The notes below the pieces were generated by a model, which worked only from the letters and a program-made list of their open reading frames with translations, had not been told where the DNA came from and made no database searches. Position numbers and translations under genes: made by a program. A DNA stretch of 63,891 bases, filler included, from Kipferlia bialata (lineage: Eukaryota): NCBI GenBank assembly GCA_003568945.1. It is 4 parts of 4 records of this genome, joined end to end, with 100 filler letters (N's around TTAATTAATTAA, not from the genome) between each part and the next. Parts side by side here need not be neighbours in the genome. Positions count along the whole stretch, not along the records: positions 1 to 15,920 come from BDIP01000649.1; positions 16,021 to 31,939 come from BDIP01000650.1; 2 more parts are not named here. One strand, given 5' to 3'. Of this stretch, positions 12,217 through 27,169 are shown piece by piece (position 1 is the stretch's first letter; the number at the start of each line of letters is the position of its first letter).

Positions 12217-15200
12217 CTGTGGGAGTGACCAGCTGCAGGTGTGTGACGTCTGCCAGGTGCTGCACAAAGGCTGGGATGGATGTGATGTTGGTGGTGATGG
12301 CCATCTTGTGCTCCCAGTCCAGAATGGTCCACAGGGACCTGGGGGTCAATGGCAGTGTGGGGACAATAGTAATGCCTATGCACTGATATGTGGTTGTATG
12401 AGATATAGTACCTGAACTTCGAGGGTGTGACTGTGCATGGCACTACAAACTCAGTCACGTCGAGGAACACCTCAGTGGTCATGTTGGCCATGGGCTTGCG
12501 GCCCTAGGGGTGAGGAGATGAAGCAGTAACGCATGCATACAATATATATACATAACATATCGAAGTAGATATAATGAAGTGCAGCATAGCAAGTAGTATC
12601 AGTACCTGGGTCAGGTAGAATACTGTGCCGTAGATGACCCCGGCCTCACAGCTTCTGATTCTGACCGAGTACCGGACAGTCTTGGCCTCCAGGGGACCGA
12701 GGGGGAAGGCACGGACCTGGGGGTCAGGAATATATGGAAGTGACTTACACAATACTGACACTGTGAGAGTGTATATGTTCGGTATAAGAATCCTCCCAAC
12801 CTTGGACAGGGACTGGAGTCCCCCTGTTGTTGTGAGCTCCAGCCTCAGATCCTCGACAGTGACCTCGGACCTGAGGGTCAGAGGGATCAGAGAAGGGGAC
12901 CAAGAGTCATGGACCATATCTTCATTATACATATAACGAATGCATATATATATGTTACACCCCACCTGTTGACAAAGAGAACGTCGAGGTGGGCAGCAAA
13001 TGACTCGATTGTGAGGACTGCCTCGGCGTATATACGCTCAGAGTGCCCAGTCAGCTGCACAACGCGAGACAGCCTGGGGGTTGGCAGATGTAGATAAATG
13101 AGAACCTTATGCAATAACTCCCCTCATACCTGTCGAGGTCGTCGAACCCATCGACACCGTCGGCAGGTGCCAGCGATACGGTGTCCCTCTGCTCTGCCTC
13201 GCTGGACTCCTCGTCCTCCTCCTCCTCCCCTATTGCCCCCTGGCCTGCCTCGCCTAGGATGGACATCGTCACAGGGGTCAGGAAGGACGAGGTGGTCTGC
13301 TGGTCGGCCTGGGGGTGAGGGGATAGGACATATCACGTATATAGCTGAGTATCAGTGTTCTACTCTCTAGTCACCCACCTTGACTGCTGTGAGTGCCTGT
13401 CCCTCGGCCATCACTGCCTCTCTGGCAGAGGAGTCCCAAGGGAGGGGGGTCACGGCTGCACATCTAAGGGTGAGGGGGGGATGGGTAGTATCAGAAGAGC
13501 ACTAGCAGAGACATACCTAGCGATAGATGCCCTGAGCCTAGCGAGTGAGGCAGAGTCAACTGGGTTGGTCCTCTGCAGGCACTTGAGGAGAGTGGCCAGA
13601 GTCAGGATGACCCTGGCCCTCCACAGGCCTCCCTCCTTGGCCCTCTCTCCCTCTCTCTCCCCCTCAGCCTTCGTCTCGTGGCTGAGTCTGGCTAGCAGCA
13701 CAGCAAAGGCGTCTGCAACTGTGGAACAGAGGAAGGGGTCAGCCCGAACCCTGCAGTGAGGAATAGGATAAGTGTATCAAAAATTACTGGAGTATGCTCC
13801 TACCTCTCCCCAAGTCTGGTGGAGCACACAGGGGCAGTCAGCTGTCTGTACACCCCGTCCTCCCCTACCACAGTGGATGCAGTTGATGCAGTCTCGGCCA
13901 TGCCTGAGGGGTGAGGGATAGATGTATACACTCACATACACTTTGCCATCAGGAGCATAGTATATATACACCCACCCACCTGATGCCACTGGGGGCAGCG
14001 AGTCAGCTGGGACTGGGCATGCAGACTCCCTCATCAGATCGGCATAGGACACTGCGTTGAGCAGGTGGGTGATGGCAGCAACGGTGCTGTCGGCGTCTCT
14101 GGCCGTATCGACCAGCAGAGCCACGCCCTCTCTCACTCCCGTGTCAGTCTTTGCCTCGCACATGAGCCTAGATGCTACACCAACCAGACCAGGGGACATG
14201 TGGACAAGGACAGCCACCCTCACGCACTGGGCCGCCAGGGCCACCACGCCCATGTCCTCACCCAGGGCCAGGAGGGATATGGTGTCGATGGCAGAGGTCA
14301 GGGTGGAGCAGGCAGGCATCAGGGGGAGCAGGGAGAGGAGGGCAGAGAGGAAGGGGCCCTTGACCCGCTGGGACTGCAGACCAACCATGACTACAGAGAA
14401 CACGTCCTGGATCCTCACAGTGCCGTTGTTGGAGCCACCGTGGGTGACGCTACGCATCAGTAGGTCCAACACACCCTCTGCCACCTCAGAGGGTCTAGGG
14501 GCGGCATAGAGCTCAGACACGGACTCTAGAGAGACCAGCCTGGGGTTGTCGGTGCAGGCAGCAACAAGGGTGTCGAGGGCAACGTGGGCAATGGGAGGGG
14601 AGATGGAGGGGTTGACCAGGAGGTGGAGGCAGAGGGCAACGGCAGTCTCGTTGGTGGAGTCAGAGAGGGAGGAGTGCAGCAGGACCTGGGGGGGTAAGGG
14701 TTGGGACTGAAATGTAGTAGGGTTTCTAGAGGTGTATTAGGGCTAGTACCTGTGCAGTTGGCAGAAGGAGGGATGCAGCCAGGCCCGGCTTGATGGACCC
14801 CTCATCATCCAGGACAATCTCCATCAGACGGTTGACATGGACTGGTGTGAGGATACATACTGCTAGAAATGTACCAGTGACTGTGTGTTGCCCCACCTGA
14901 CCGCATGTGTCCCTTGAGTGCCCCCCTCTGGAACAGTGCAAGGACAGACCGCACATAGGCAGAGACAAACACAAGGTCAGACCTCTTCTGCTCAAGGAGC
15001 TGGGGGGTGAGCAAGGGGGATAGTGTATGTCAGTTCACTGAAATCAATATACAGTTGACGCAGAGGTGTCTGTACCTCGGCTGTGACCACGTTGGTGAGT
15101 GTCTTGACTGCCAGTCGGGGCTTGGTGGCACACAGCATGTCAAGGCCGACAGCAAACACACTGGACGCAGTCTCGGTGTCCAGAACCTACAGGTGAGGGT

Positions 15201-15822
15201 GAGATAGCAGACACTTACAATACACTGGAATATGCAACATGCATTATATACCTCAGCTACGAGAGCAGGGGCCTCCGGGAGCAGGGTGGGGAAGCGGGTG
15301 TACACCGAACGGAGTAGGGCGCAGGCAGCCTCCCTCACCACAAGGTCCTAGGAGTCAGACAAAATGGACACACTCAATGCATACAAACCATTGTGGAGAA
15401 TGTGGTCAATACATATTCATATATATGCTACCTGGTGAGTGAGGGAGTGTGGCAGCACATCGGTGAAGTGGGCCAGGAGCTCCTTAGCGGGGAAGTCGGA
15501 GAGGGCCCTGGAATTAGAGAGTGCAGTAAGAGTATGAGAAAGAGAGAGAGATAGGGCTCTTGCAGTCCCACCCACCTGAGTGTGTCAGCCACCAGGTACT
15601 CATTGGTACTCTGGAGGTCCTTCCTGATGGAGTTGACAATCAGGATGGTCTCCTGGGGGTGAGTATGGTCCATTCAGCCTCTCCTGCTACTGATATGGTA
15701 TATATATATCCCTCTCTGGCCATACCTGCTTGAGGGACCCGTCCTCGGCATAGTAGTCCAGAAGGGGCCAGAAGAGGTGGGCGATGCGCTTCAGCTGCTT
15801 GTCATGGGAGGGGGACACATTC
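12217..15822 (-). CDS. COPB1: Coatomer subunit beta (beta-COP), lacking the N-terminus (contig end) and the last appendage residues
   Basis: SHDKQLKRIAHLFWPLL...ETILIVNSIRKDLQSTNEYLVADTLR matches the adaptin-N region of beta-COP. LSRVVQLTGHSERIYAEAVL...LDVLFVNR and KFRSLWTILDWEHK match the beta-COP appendage motifs (QLTGFSDPVYAEA, FR.MW..FEWENK). Confidence 0.9.
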
Positions 15823-15871
15823 CTGGGTTGAGAGAAGGAGACAGGCAGAAGGTAAGGGAAGATAAGTGAAT

Positions 15872-15907
<36 letters not shown>

Positions 15908-15920
15908 AATGATGATAAAT

Positions 15921-16020
15921 NNNNNNNNNNNNNNNNNNNNNNNNNNNNNNNNNNNNNNNNNNNNTTAATTAATTAANNNNNNNNNNNNNNNNNNNNNNNN
16001 NNNNNNNNNNNNNNNNNNNN
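15921..16020. other. Artificial contig-joining spacer (N44-TTAATTAATTAA-N44)
   Basis: Six-frame stop linker at 15965-15976 inside a 100-nt N block. Confidence 0.97.
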
Positions 16021-16411
16021 GTGGCGTGGGGGGGGGGGTTTTTCCCCCCCCCCCCCCCCCCCACGTGTCGTCGTTCTATGGTCTACTAGAAATAGTACCT
16101 CTCAGTGTCTGTACATATGTGCCCTCCAATCCTCCATATATCTCCCAATGTCCCCTGGTACATCTATAATCACATTGGTCCTTCTTCTCCCTATTCCCCC
16201 CCCCCCCTCCCCCCTCCCACATACACACACACTACATAGAGATGGGTGAACCCTATACTCTCTGTCTCCCCCCCCTCTCTGTTTCCCGGACTGCCTATGT
16301 GTATATATGTCTATCCTCTCACATCCAGGCTCAGTTGTGTTGTGTCATGGGTGTCTCCTCCTCTCTTTCATGTCTGGGTATTCATATGTATATAAATATC
16401 CTTATACCCAG

Positions 16412-19400
16412 GTTCAGCCGTGTTGTGTCCTGGGTCGACCCCATCCCTGTGCTCAAGAAACTGAGACACTGCCTGAAGAAGGCACCCAAGATAGAGTGCA
16501 TTCCACACCTGGAGAGGTACGATGCAGTGTGTCATCCTTATTATAGTGGTGTTGCCCCTCCCTTCCCCCATTGTTCCTCTGTATTCATTTTATTTCCGCT
16601 ATTATGTAACCTTCTTACTCTAGGATATGCACTCGTCTGGCCCAGTCCATGGACAACACGCAGGTAGGGATGTGTTTGGTACTTATATACTTATATATTT
16701 GTATGTATTACGGATCCCTTGCAAATACCTCCTGACTTTGGGATTCTACTCCCAGGTCTGTCATATTGAATATGGTATGTTAGAACATTGTCACATTACA
16801 GTATCATATGCTTCAATTCCCACCCCAGGCCCATGGAGTCCATCTCGAGGCACTGAAGGTGTATGAGATTTTGCTCACAAGGTGTGTTCATAGTGATTGG
16901 TGTATCTCTTCCTGTTCCCGTCCTGATTTACTGAAAGAGGAGAGTCAGAGCGTCATTATGTGTTCATTCATCTACTGACCCCCCAGGCTCACCCCCTGCC
17001 AGGTTGCTGCCCACCTCCCTCTCTTTGCAGTTGGACTGTTCCCAGTATACGCACACGCAGGCATCCCAGTCAAGGTTCGGACTCTCTCTCTCTCTTTATG
17101 TCTCCCACTCCAATCTCTATATGTGGCTATGGGTCCTCTCTCTCCATTGAGTGTTGGTACCTATAGCAATTCTCTCGTTATACTCTCCTCTCACCCCCAG
17201 GGCCCCTATCTGCAGCTCATGTCCAACCTGCTCAGCACCCTGCAGGACCCAAGGGCACCAAAGGTGAGACATATATCTATCTATATACATATATGATAGT
17301 ATTGTCTAATTACACATTCACAATTATTGTACCCAAGGGCACCCAAGGTGAGATGGAGTGTATCCACATAGTCATTGTCGTCCTTTGTCTCTCTGACCAC
17401 TAGGGCACTGCCTCCCTCGCTGCCAGGTCCTTCCCAGGTCTCGTGCCTGCCGCTCTTGCAGGTATCAGTTGCCAGTAGGATTGCATCTCTCTATGCATGA
17501 CACTCTTTCTACACGATATTTTGTTCTCTTTGCATTGTGCGTTCTACCCCCCAGGTCTCAAGGAGGCCCCGAGACGTCTCACAGACCCAGTCAGACAGGC
17601 ATCTACCAAGGACGCTAGGTTAGGATATGTATGTATATAGTATGAATATAGATATACATATATTCTCGTGTATATTAGGTATGTCAGTCAGACAGGCATC
17701 CACCAAGGACGCTATGTTAGGGTATGTATGTATATATATATACATGTTCGTATAAATATGTAATGCCAGTCAGACAGACATCCACCAAGGATGCTGGATG
17801 AGTGTATTTTGTTCTTTGTCTTCTGACACCGGGTGTCTATCTCTCTCCACGTATAGTGACCTTTGACCCACTCACCCACAGAGATATCCTGGGTCTTCTG
17901 ATGAGTGGGGACCCTGCCTTCTTCTTCAGTAACATGTGGAGGTGTATAGGTACATACATGTATGTAATCATACATACGAATATATATGTGTATACATGTT
18001 CACTTCGTCTGATCCTGCCTTCTTCTTCAGCAACATGTGGAGGTGCATAGGTACAGACCACAAGTAATATATATGTGGGTGGCTTATATGTCTATACTTT
18101 CATATATATACTTCCACTTCCTCTTATTCTTCAGGAGCCATGCCCTCCCTGCGTCTCCAGTCCCTGACCTATCTGACAGAGTATGTGGAGGCAGTGGCAG
18201 GGGCAGCAGTCACACCCACAGGTATATATATAGTGATATATATATATGTAAAAATACATATATGTATATGTGGTTACTATACATGGTATGTCGAGGCAGT
18301 GGCTGGGGCAGCAGTCACACCCACAGGTACATATATACTAATGCATATTATATATGTATATATATGAGTATGTGGTTACTATTCAGAGTATGTCGAGGCA
18401 GTGGCTGGGGCTGCAGTCACACCAACAGGTGAGACACGGGCCACAGTTCACTCTCCCATTCAGTCATTCCTTCATTATCTCATTCCATATGTACAGCATA
18501 TATTCATATATTATCCCCCTTCCTACCCTGACCCCAGTGACGTCAGATGCCGACTTCGAGGAGTCCTATGAGGGCAGCATGGGTAGTATCATGGACGAGG
18601 CCAGCATGGGGAGTGTGGCAGATAGAGAGCCAAGGCGGAGGAGGGGGAGGGGGAGGGCCAGAGAGACCAGGCCCAGCCCTGCACCCACCTCTCCTACCAG
18701 CCACCTGCACTCACTCTTCTACCCCCAGCCACACTGCAGGATCGTGTCCAGTCTCCTGACGGCTCTGGAGGTGGGTACACTCATACAGTACCATTCAGTG
18801 AAGTACTGTTCTTGTATGTATTAGTATAACAGTTATTTCGTATATATGTATATACTCTCCTTCTTCTCCTCACCTCAGGTCACTGACGATGTTGCCGTTG
18901 TCCGTAAGGCTGTCAACCTCCTCATCCTCCTTCCCTTCCAGCCCATGCCCGTGTCACCCGCTGCAAAGGCAGCACTGGCAGGGGGGCTACTCAGGTATAA
19001 CTACTATTATATTCAATACCTTGTGTGGACCTACTTATGTATGAGACTGACTCTCACCCCCAGCCTAGTGCGTGTCCAGGAGGCCTCCTCCCTATTGTAT
19101 ATACATAATTAATAGTATTTTACAGTCTTTATGCTATTATGCTGTATATATATACATGAGTAAACTACTCACTCCCAGCCTCGTGCGTGCCCAGGACGCC
19201 TCGTCCCTGAGAAAGGCCACCATCTACATTGGCCAGGACTTTGCATACTGTGCCCCCTACCTACTGTCAGCTGTGCACAGGATCATGGCACACAAGGACA
19301 GGGCTCACAGACAGCAGGTACATGTACTAGTCTATATAAGTAACGTATATATATACATAATTGTATGGCACACAAGGACAGCGCTCACAGACAGCAGGTA

Positions 19401-22400
19401 TACATACTCGTATATATATATATATGTGTGTGTGTACCATATACCTATATGTGAATGCAATACTCACCCCAGGTTCTTGTCCAGAGCCCTGCTGGCCGTG
19501 ACGTGCTTCTGAGACCCATTGCCCTGCTCAGACTCATTCTGACAGGTGTATTGGATTCATATACATGCTGGAGAGTAACCACTGTCATAGTGCCACTATT
19601 ACTATGAATGTTGTTAAGTATGTATATTAACCTTACCTCCAGGCTGGGAGATTGGCGACATGAACGATGTGGCCCTTGTCAATGTTCCAGCATTCCTGTA
19701 CAACAGAATAGTGCAGGTATCTAGTTTAGTCATCAGCATACCGAACACTCTACATTTCTGCATGGAGTGTGATAGTCTCCCCCACCCCCAGGTCCTGCTC
19801 CTGTACACGGGTTGTGTACATGTATAGTAATGATATATAATTGTGGTAATTACAATGTCTTCGAAGAATGTATGCTTCTCCTCACCCCCAGGTCCTGCTC
19901 CTGTACATGGGCAGTGTGCGTAGTGCCGAGGCCTCAGCTCCTGAGTCCTCTGTGGATGCCTCTGCCATAGTGTCCCCTGCAGTGCACGCCCTGCTCAAGA
20001 GGACAAAGGGGAACCTGCTGTACAGGTATATATATGCACACTATCTCTTTCATAATGTAAGATTTTGCTCTGAATAGGTTCTAGTTCTCTCATGTAGCCA
20101 CACAACCTCACCCCCAGGGCTGTGCTGCGTGTCATTGTCTATGGTGCACCCAGGGATCCCTTGGCCCCATACGATCCTGAGGTATGTAAATGAACGCAGT
20201 CAGGATCACTATTAACCAAGAGTGATGTGTTCTGGTTGGTGTATGCCCGTGTTTGTCTTTCACCCCAGGGTCAACCCCCCAACCGTGTGGAGCACTCAGA
20301 GTTCAACCTGCCCGGGTGTCTCTTTGAGTCTGACAATGGTCCCCTCAACAACACAGGTATCAGTATATAGATCCGAAACTGATACTGGTGCTGATGCGGG
20401 TACTGATACCCAGGAGTGGATCTGCTGGCGTCTGTTCTGGATGTCATCCCTCCCCTGCATGTCTCGGAGACTGAGGTATCAAGTATGCATATACATATGT
20501 ATATGTATGGATCCAATAGCATTTTTGTTGGGTATTATCCAGTTGCTATTCTTACTCTTTAGGACGCATCCCTCTTCCAGGCCCTCTCCCAGCGCGGAGG
20601 AGAGAGAGAGAGAGATGAGGAGCTCGAGAGCTTTAACCCGTCTGTCGATGGAGACAACGACAGTGTGGTTGAGGACGGAGAGACTCTAGAGCAGGAGAGA
20701 GACGAGCTGGGCCTTGTCGAGTATGACCTACCCGAGTCTGCTGTCGAGTCCTGTCTGGAGGTTGTGGCCAGTCTGCTCTATCGTATTCACGGTATGGATG
20801 CCTCTGACCCTGCCCTTCCTGCCCACCTGTCCCTATGCGCCAGACTGGTCAGACAGTCATTCCCTGTCTCTGCCAGTGCACAGGGCAAGGAGCTCTATCT
20901 GGCGAGGTATGCAAATAATCCACTCTCTACATATGTGTGTATGTAGTAGTTATTGTTGTTCTCCTCACCCCCCAGGTACCTGTGCCGCCCCCTGACCCCT
21001 GTCGACATAGAGTATGACATGCTGGCTGACCACATGCCACACTCCCTAGAGAGTGGGGCACTGCAGGTATATATATAGTATCTATTTATATATACTATTT
21101 ATTTCTATTGTTTACGAAAATGTATAACCAGGGGCACTGCAGGTATGTATTAATAATGACTTTCAAATCAATAATCTTCGAGAATACTTGCGTTAAGTTC
21201 GTGATCTGTCCTTTTTGCTTGAGACTCACCCCCTAGGTTGCCCTAGCCTCTGTCACCAGGGTTGTGGAGGAGTGCAATGGAGACACCGACTGCAGGGGTC
21301 TTTCTGCTGTTCTCACTGCCTTTGAGGGTGTGGTGTCCTCTCTGCACCAGGGGCTGTACGAGGCAGCAAAGTGAGTGCATATTACATGCATAACTGCCTT
21401 ACTATTATTTGATAGTGAACTTCTCTTACCTCCTCAGGCCTGAGTTCTCTACCTTATGTTCCGCCCTTTCTGCTCTGCGCTGCCTCCCCGCATGCAGCCT
21501 CATTCTGGCCATCACAACTCTCTGCAAGGTATTAGCTACGCGGTTGTGGGTCCACACGTGTATTTGTTTCCCACTCACCCCAGGGAGTTGATGCCGACAT
21601 TGGACCCGATGCCCCCTGTGTCTCTGCCCTTCTCTGTCTCTCTCTCTCCCCCGAAGAGACTGAGTCTTATACAGAGGCAGAGGATGCTAGCAGGCTGTTG
21701 TTCAGAGTGCTCTCTGCCGGTCAGACCTGTCTGTCAGGGCCAGTCACCAGGGCACTGCTTCAGGCACTACAGGTGGGGTGTGACAAGTTTAGTGTGTGAC
21801 AAGTTTAGAGTGACAAGGATGTGTTACCGTAGTGTTTGTATTCACTCCAGGACCCCACCGCCGCCCCAGTTCTCACCAGGAGTCTCCTCAGTGTGCTGCC
21901 TGCCCCTACCCACTCTCTCGATACCGAGAGTGAGGGTGCCATGTCCCCCACCCTGACCCTGGGCATCATGGGGCCATGCGTAGTCACTATGCTGAGGGCA
22001 GGTCAGGATAACCCAAACTCTCTATCTCTCTATTTATGTATTTCTCTATTATTTCTCTAAACCATGTGCATATATGCTCTCATCATCAGGCCAGGGCGAG
22101 AGTGTGTTCCGTACCGCTCTCTCCAACGACACCCTCCCATACATCATGGATCCCCTGCTGGACATGTGCCACCCGATCCTCAAGATATGCACAGGTGGGA
22201 CTACTTTTGGTGTTAGTTAATACCCATGAATATATACTGGTTTTTATTGTATTGATATATGTTGAGTTGGTGTCAGACCTGGGATATTATTCTGCCCCTC
22301 TCTCACTTTCAGCCCGTCAGCGACAGATGGAGCCCGAGGCCCACAGGCACAGAGAGAGGGTGCTCTACGCATTGAAGGCATTCGCCGATATTGTTAGGGT

Positions 22401-25400
22401 GCGACACATACTCATCTCTCACCCTTCACACATCACTGAGGACATGTATGTATCTGTCTCCCACCCCAGTCCCTCCCCCTCGCTGTCTCCCAGCGTGTCC
22501 TCAGCACCAAGTGTGTGTCAGACATATCCAGAGCAGTGTTCCACTCTGCATGTGGTATGTTTAGACTACGATATCATCACATGTATTCTACACGATGAAT
22601 CTATATGATCTCACCGCTAGTCATGTACCACAATGGCAGTGGAGGCAGGTCCCCCCCTACTCCCTGTGTGCCCAAGTTCCAGACATACGGGTCTCTTCTG
22701 CTGCGTCTGGGTGCCCATATACACTCCTACTGTCAGAGTGTGCAGGTTGACACAGAGCAGACCACATTCAGCTCACTAGGGGCTCAGGGTATGTGTACAT
22801 ATATACACAATCATATACATATATACACAATCGAATGTTTCAATGAGGAGACAGTATAGACCTTCCCTCACCGTCAGGCGCCTCTCTGGTTCAGGTTGTG
22901 TGTGCCAGTGCCCTGAGGAGTCCCTCTCTATCCATCAACTGTGATGCATTACATGCTGCCCTCAGATACTCTCTGGCCATGGCAGCTGACACAATGGGTA
23001 AGTGATAGTATATATCTCTCTCTTTATATATATATCATTGCTTCTTAGCTGATGTACACTTGTATTATTACTGCCAATGACAGCTGACACGATGGGTGGG
23101 TATATGTGTATATGCCACATATTTTGTCAGTTGTGTCATGGAAGAGCAGTCCTCACCCCCAGGCATTGCCCTTCTGGACACCGCTGTTTCGACTCTGGAT
23201 GCTCAGCTCATGTGAGTACACCCTATACATACACACATATATCATCCTGTCAACTTTCAATATGTATACGTGTAATGATATATTACGGGTTTAATTATCT
23301 CACCCCTCTAGGTATGGCCACACGTCGTGTAGCATCGACTGCAAGGGCACCCTGACTGCCCTGACCTCCTGTATGTCTGTCATAGCATCACTCTATGCAC
23401 CTAGCACCCTGACACTCTGTCTGGACTGTGCCATAGAGGCAGGAGCAGGTATACATATATTCACTGTATACACTATATATAGCATTGTTCAATTGAGGCA
23501 GGGGCAGGTGTGTTTCACAACACTTAACATGGATTCAGTAGTAGGCTCTTAGATACAGTCTGACCCCCAGGCTCCATCCTCCACCCCATTGAGAGGGCCC
23601 CCAAGAAGAGCACTGAGAGAGACAGCATCGGGGAGGAGGACAGTCTGGGAGACGGAGACTCAGTCGAGACTGCCCCCCACCTGCTCCAGAGCCTGGACCT
23701 CAGGTACATGCATCACTAGTATTGATAGTATTTTGTTGTACCTAAGTATTCATTTCCTCCAACTCTGCAGGTGGAGTGAGCTAGTTGTCCCCATTATCAG
23801 CGGCATAGCTGTGGGAGAGAGAGCTGCTAGGAAGGCAGGGGAGAGTGGCATCAGGCGCAACGCATTTGCAGCATACCCCCCTCAGCTGGAGAAGGTACAA
23901 TGACTCTATGATCTAAGAGAGGACTACATATGTGAATATGCTGAATACTCTTACCCTGCAGATTGTCGGCCTTGCCCAGAACGTGTCCCTCCCGCTGTCC
24001 AGTGTATCTATATCCAGTGCTGGTCACTCCATCCTATCTGCAGAGGGTGGGGAGAGACAGACAGTCAGACAACAGTTGCCATGGCTCGCGGAGAGGTTAG
24101 TGATTTACATCGCGTAGTTAGTGTATCGCGTAGTTGGTGCATCGAGTAGCATCTAACAGTAGGACCGGTGCCTCCCCCGTTGATCTGTTCTACGGTGGAT
24201 ATGACAGTGCCGCAGTCTACTCTTTCAAGAAGGAGAGGGAGAGAGAGGGAGAGGCCCAGGGGGTGGAGGCCCTGACCGATGGAGCTATGTTCTGCACATC
24301 TCCCCCCCACCTGCTACTTGGGCCCAGGTATACACATGGAAGAACACTCTACATGTATAGCAACACTGTTTCTTCCGGCGATATACTAACCCCCCAGGCT
24401 GATGCGCAAGACCACTGCCACCCTGGTTGCCTCCCACCTCATACCCGCCATACCCCAGCAGTGCCTGCTGTCCCTCATGGCAGGTATATACATACATATG
24501 TGTATATATAGTAGTGACGAATATGATGTATTATGTATACATCAACCTTGTATCTGCCATACCCCAGCAGTGGGTGCTGTCCCTTATGGCAGGTGGGATA
24601 CATATACTATATATTCTACTCATGTATTCAATTAGACGGTGAACCCTAGGCCTAGTATTCTCCCTCAGTCTTTGGTGACGAGTACAGTGTATGTAGTGTA
24701 CTGGTATTTGTGTGTTCACTCACGTTTACCCCATCCTTGTCACTCTCTCTGATCCCCCAGGTGTTGTTGACCCAGTCATCCCCCCTCTTCTTCCCCCCCT
24801 TGCCCTAGTTGCACCCTCCCTTATGGGGTCTGCTTCGGTCAACGGTCAAGAGGAGTCTTCGGACGCTGCTGCTGTGGCCACCGATGTACTCACATCCATA
24901 TCCACCTCTCTTGCCAAGGTGGCCACTATTGGGGGAATCCTCACAGGGTCATTCATCCCAGGTGGGTATTCAAGTATACGTACATCACACCTCATTCACC
25001 CTATGTCATAATCATTTTTAGTACAGTATTCTTGGGGGCAAGTATATATGCTAAGCCTCAGGCAGACAGGGGGAGCGCTCCAACGAGAGGGGCAGGGCCG
25101 ATGGGCGTGAGGGCTGCCGCATATCCCCAGGTCTGGCAGCTGGGTCGGTGCTGCAAATCATCAAGACCCTGCCCCACTCTGTTGGGGCACCTCTCCTCAG
25201 GAAGCTACTGGCCTCCTCACCCGGCATAGTGCTGCTCAGCATCATTGCAGACAGGTTGGGGTAATATATCTCCCCTAATATTCATTTGTGAGCATTCCAT
25301 ATATATATTTGCTATGAACTCATTGTGTCTCGGTGGAGACGTGTCGCTCTTGTTGTATGTATATATGTATATATGTATATATATATAATCTCACCCCCAG

Positions 25401-27136
25401 TGTGGAGGACGACCCCAATGCATACACAGCTACAGAGACAGTGTTCGACATCGCAGCCAACACAGGTGGGGAGAGTTCCTTGACCATCCATTTTCATTAC
25501 ATACACACAGTCACCGGTATTAATGCCAGATGGCTCCCAGCTCCCCTGGGTCTCCTGTCTGACCGATGCCCTGGGGTATGGAGGGACCAAGGGGCACAGA
25601 GACATATCCCTGTCCCTGGTGCTGTCCACAGCTGCATCACTCCTCACCTTGGACTCAGTGGGGGTGTCCAGACTCTGCGATAGATACAGGTATTACATCT
25701 ACCAGACAATGCCAAATTGATATGATTGTATTTAGTTCTTCATTACATTACTCTGTCCCACCTCACCCTCAGGGCCACCCCGACCAGCAACGTCGACCCC
25801 CTAGTCGTTGCCCTCCTCAACACAGAGAGGGTGCTGGCAGACGTCACCCCGGCACACATTGTGACATTCACGGCAGGTCAGCACATGTCCTACTTTCATT
25901 GTGATTCTGGTAGTTGTGGATTTCTCTCAATGAGGGTATATACTTTCTCTTCCCTTACCCTCAGGCGTTGCCGCCTCTGTGTATGCCTCCATCCTGGCCT
26001 CTGACACCTCTGCCTCTCTATCATCAAAGGAGAAGGAGAGGAGGAGGGGGGACGGCGAGGAGGACGTCGTCGCGCTCTCCCTTTGCCCCTCCTTGCTGGA
26101 GGTCCAGGCCATCTCACACGGAATCGAGGTGATTAGTTTGGTATAATAGTGCTCAGTAATTGGGAGTATTCTCCAAAGACCCATCAGTTTCAGAGACTTC
26201 TTCTCACTGCCAGGCCATCTTCACCAAGCTCAATGAGAAACAGGAGTCCACTCCCGTACCCTCCCTCTCCTTGCTCCACTCATGTCGTGGTATCATCTGG
26301 TGAGTACCGTATAATTCTAAGACCTTTGTCGTTGTGTTTCCTCCCATGATATCAATAGTTCAAACATACTTTGAGAATTAGGGGTTCTTACCGTCAGGTC
26401 CGTACTGTACTCTTCCTCGGAGACCAAGGAGGGCCAGAGGGAGAGAGACGCTGCTGCTCAGCGTGCCGAGAGGGAGACTGGGTCCAAGAGCCACAGGAGA
26501 GACGCATCGAGGTATGAACATACCATATATAGTTCATAGCTACTTCTCAGTCATTATCATGATTGTCATTGTGTCCTATCTCTCACCCCCTCAGGCTGAC
26601 CCCTGCTGGTGGCATTGGTCTCACCCCCACTGCCGTTGTACCTGCTGCCAGACAGCCCCTGCTACCCCTGATCAACCAGACATGGGTGGGAGTGGCACAG
26701 ATTGCTGGGAGGTACGCTATTAGTTACATTATTCCTTTGGATCTCTCTGTGTTCTAACCACCCAGGAAGGATGGAAGCTTTAGAGAGAAGCACTCTGCCT
26801 TCAAGATCCTGACCACCCTGCTACCATCCGTGGCTGCGGCATCTCAGCCAGTCACAGACTGCACCCTCATAAGGTACTGGATATATGTGTATTCATTTGA
26901 TTTGAAGTCTATATATATACAGTGGTGTTTTCATCAGTGACTGACTCTCAGGAACCGCACCGCCTCCCTGTCCTGCGGCCTGCCCTGGTCCTCTGCTATA
27001 GATCCCTCTGTCGTATCAGCTGATGCCTGTCTCAAGATGCCCCCTGATGCAGAGGCATACGTCAGAGAGGCAGTCACAGTGGCACTCTCCGTTGCAGGTA
27101 TGTTATATATATATATATATATATTGTGCAGGTATG

Positions 27137-27169
<33 letters not shown>

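Noticed and set aside
15965..15976. TTAATTAATTAA palindrome flanked by Ns (also 31984 and 47960)
   Set aside because: Identical 100-nt spacer between near-equal-length scaffolds: an artificial six-frame-stop linker. Gene neighbourhood across these points is meaningless.
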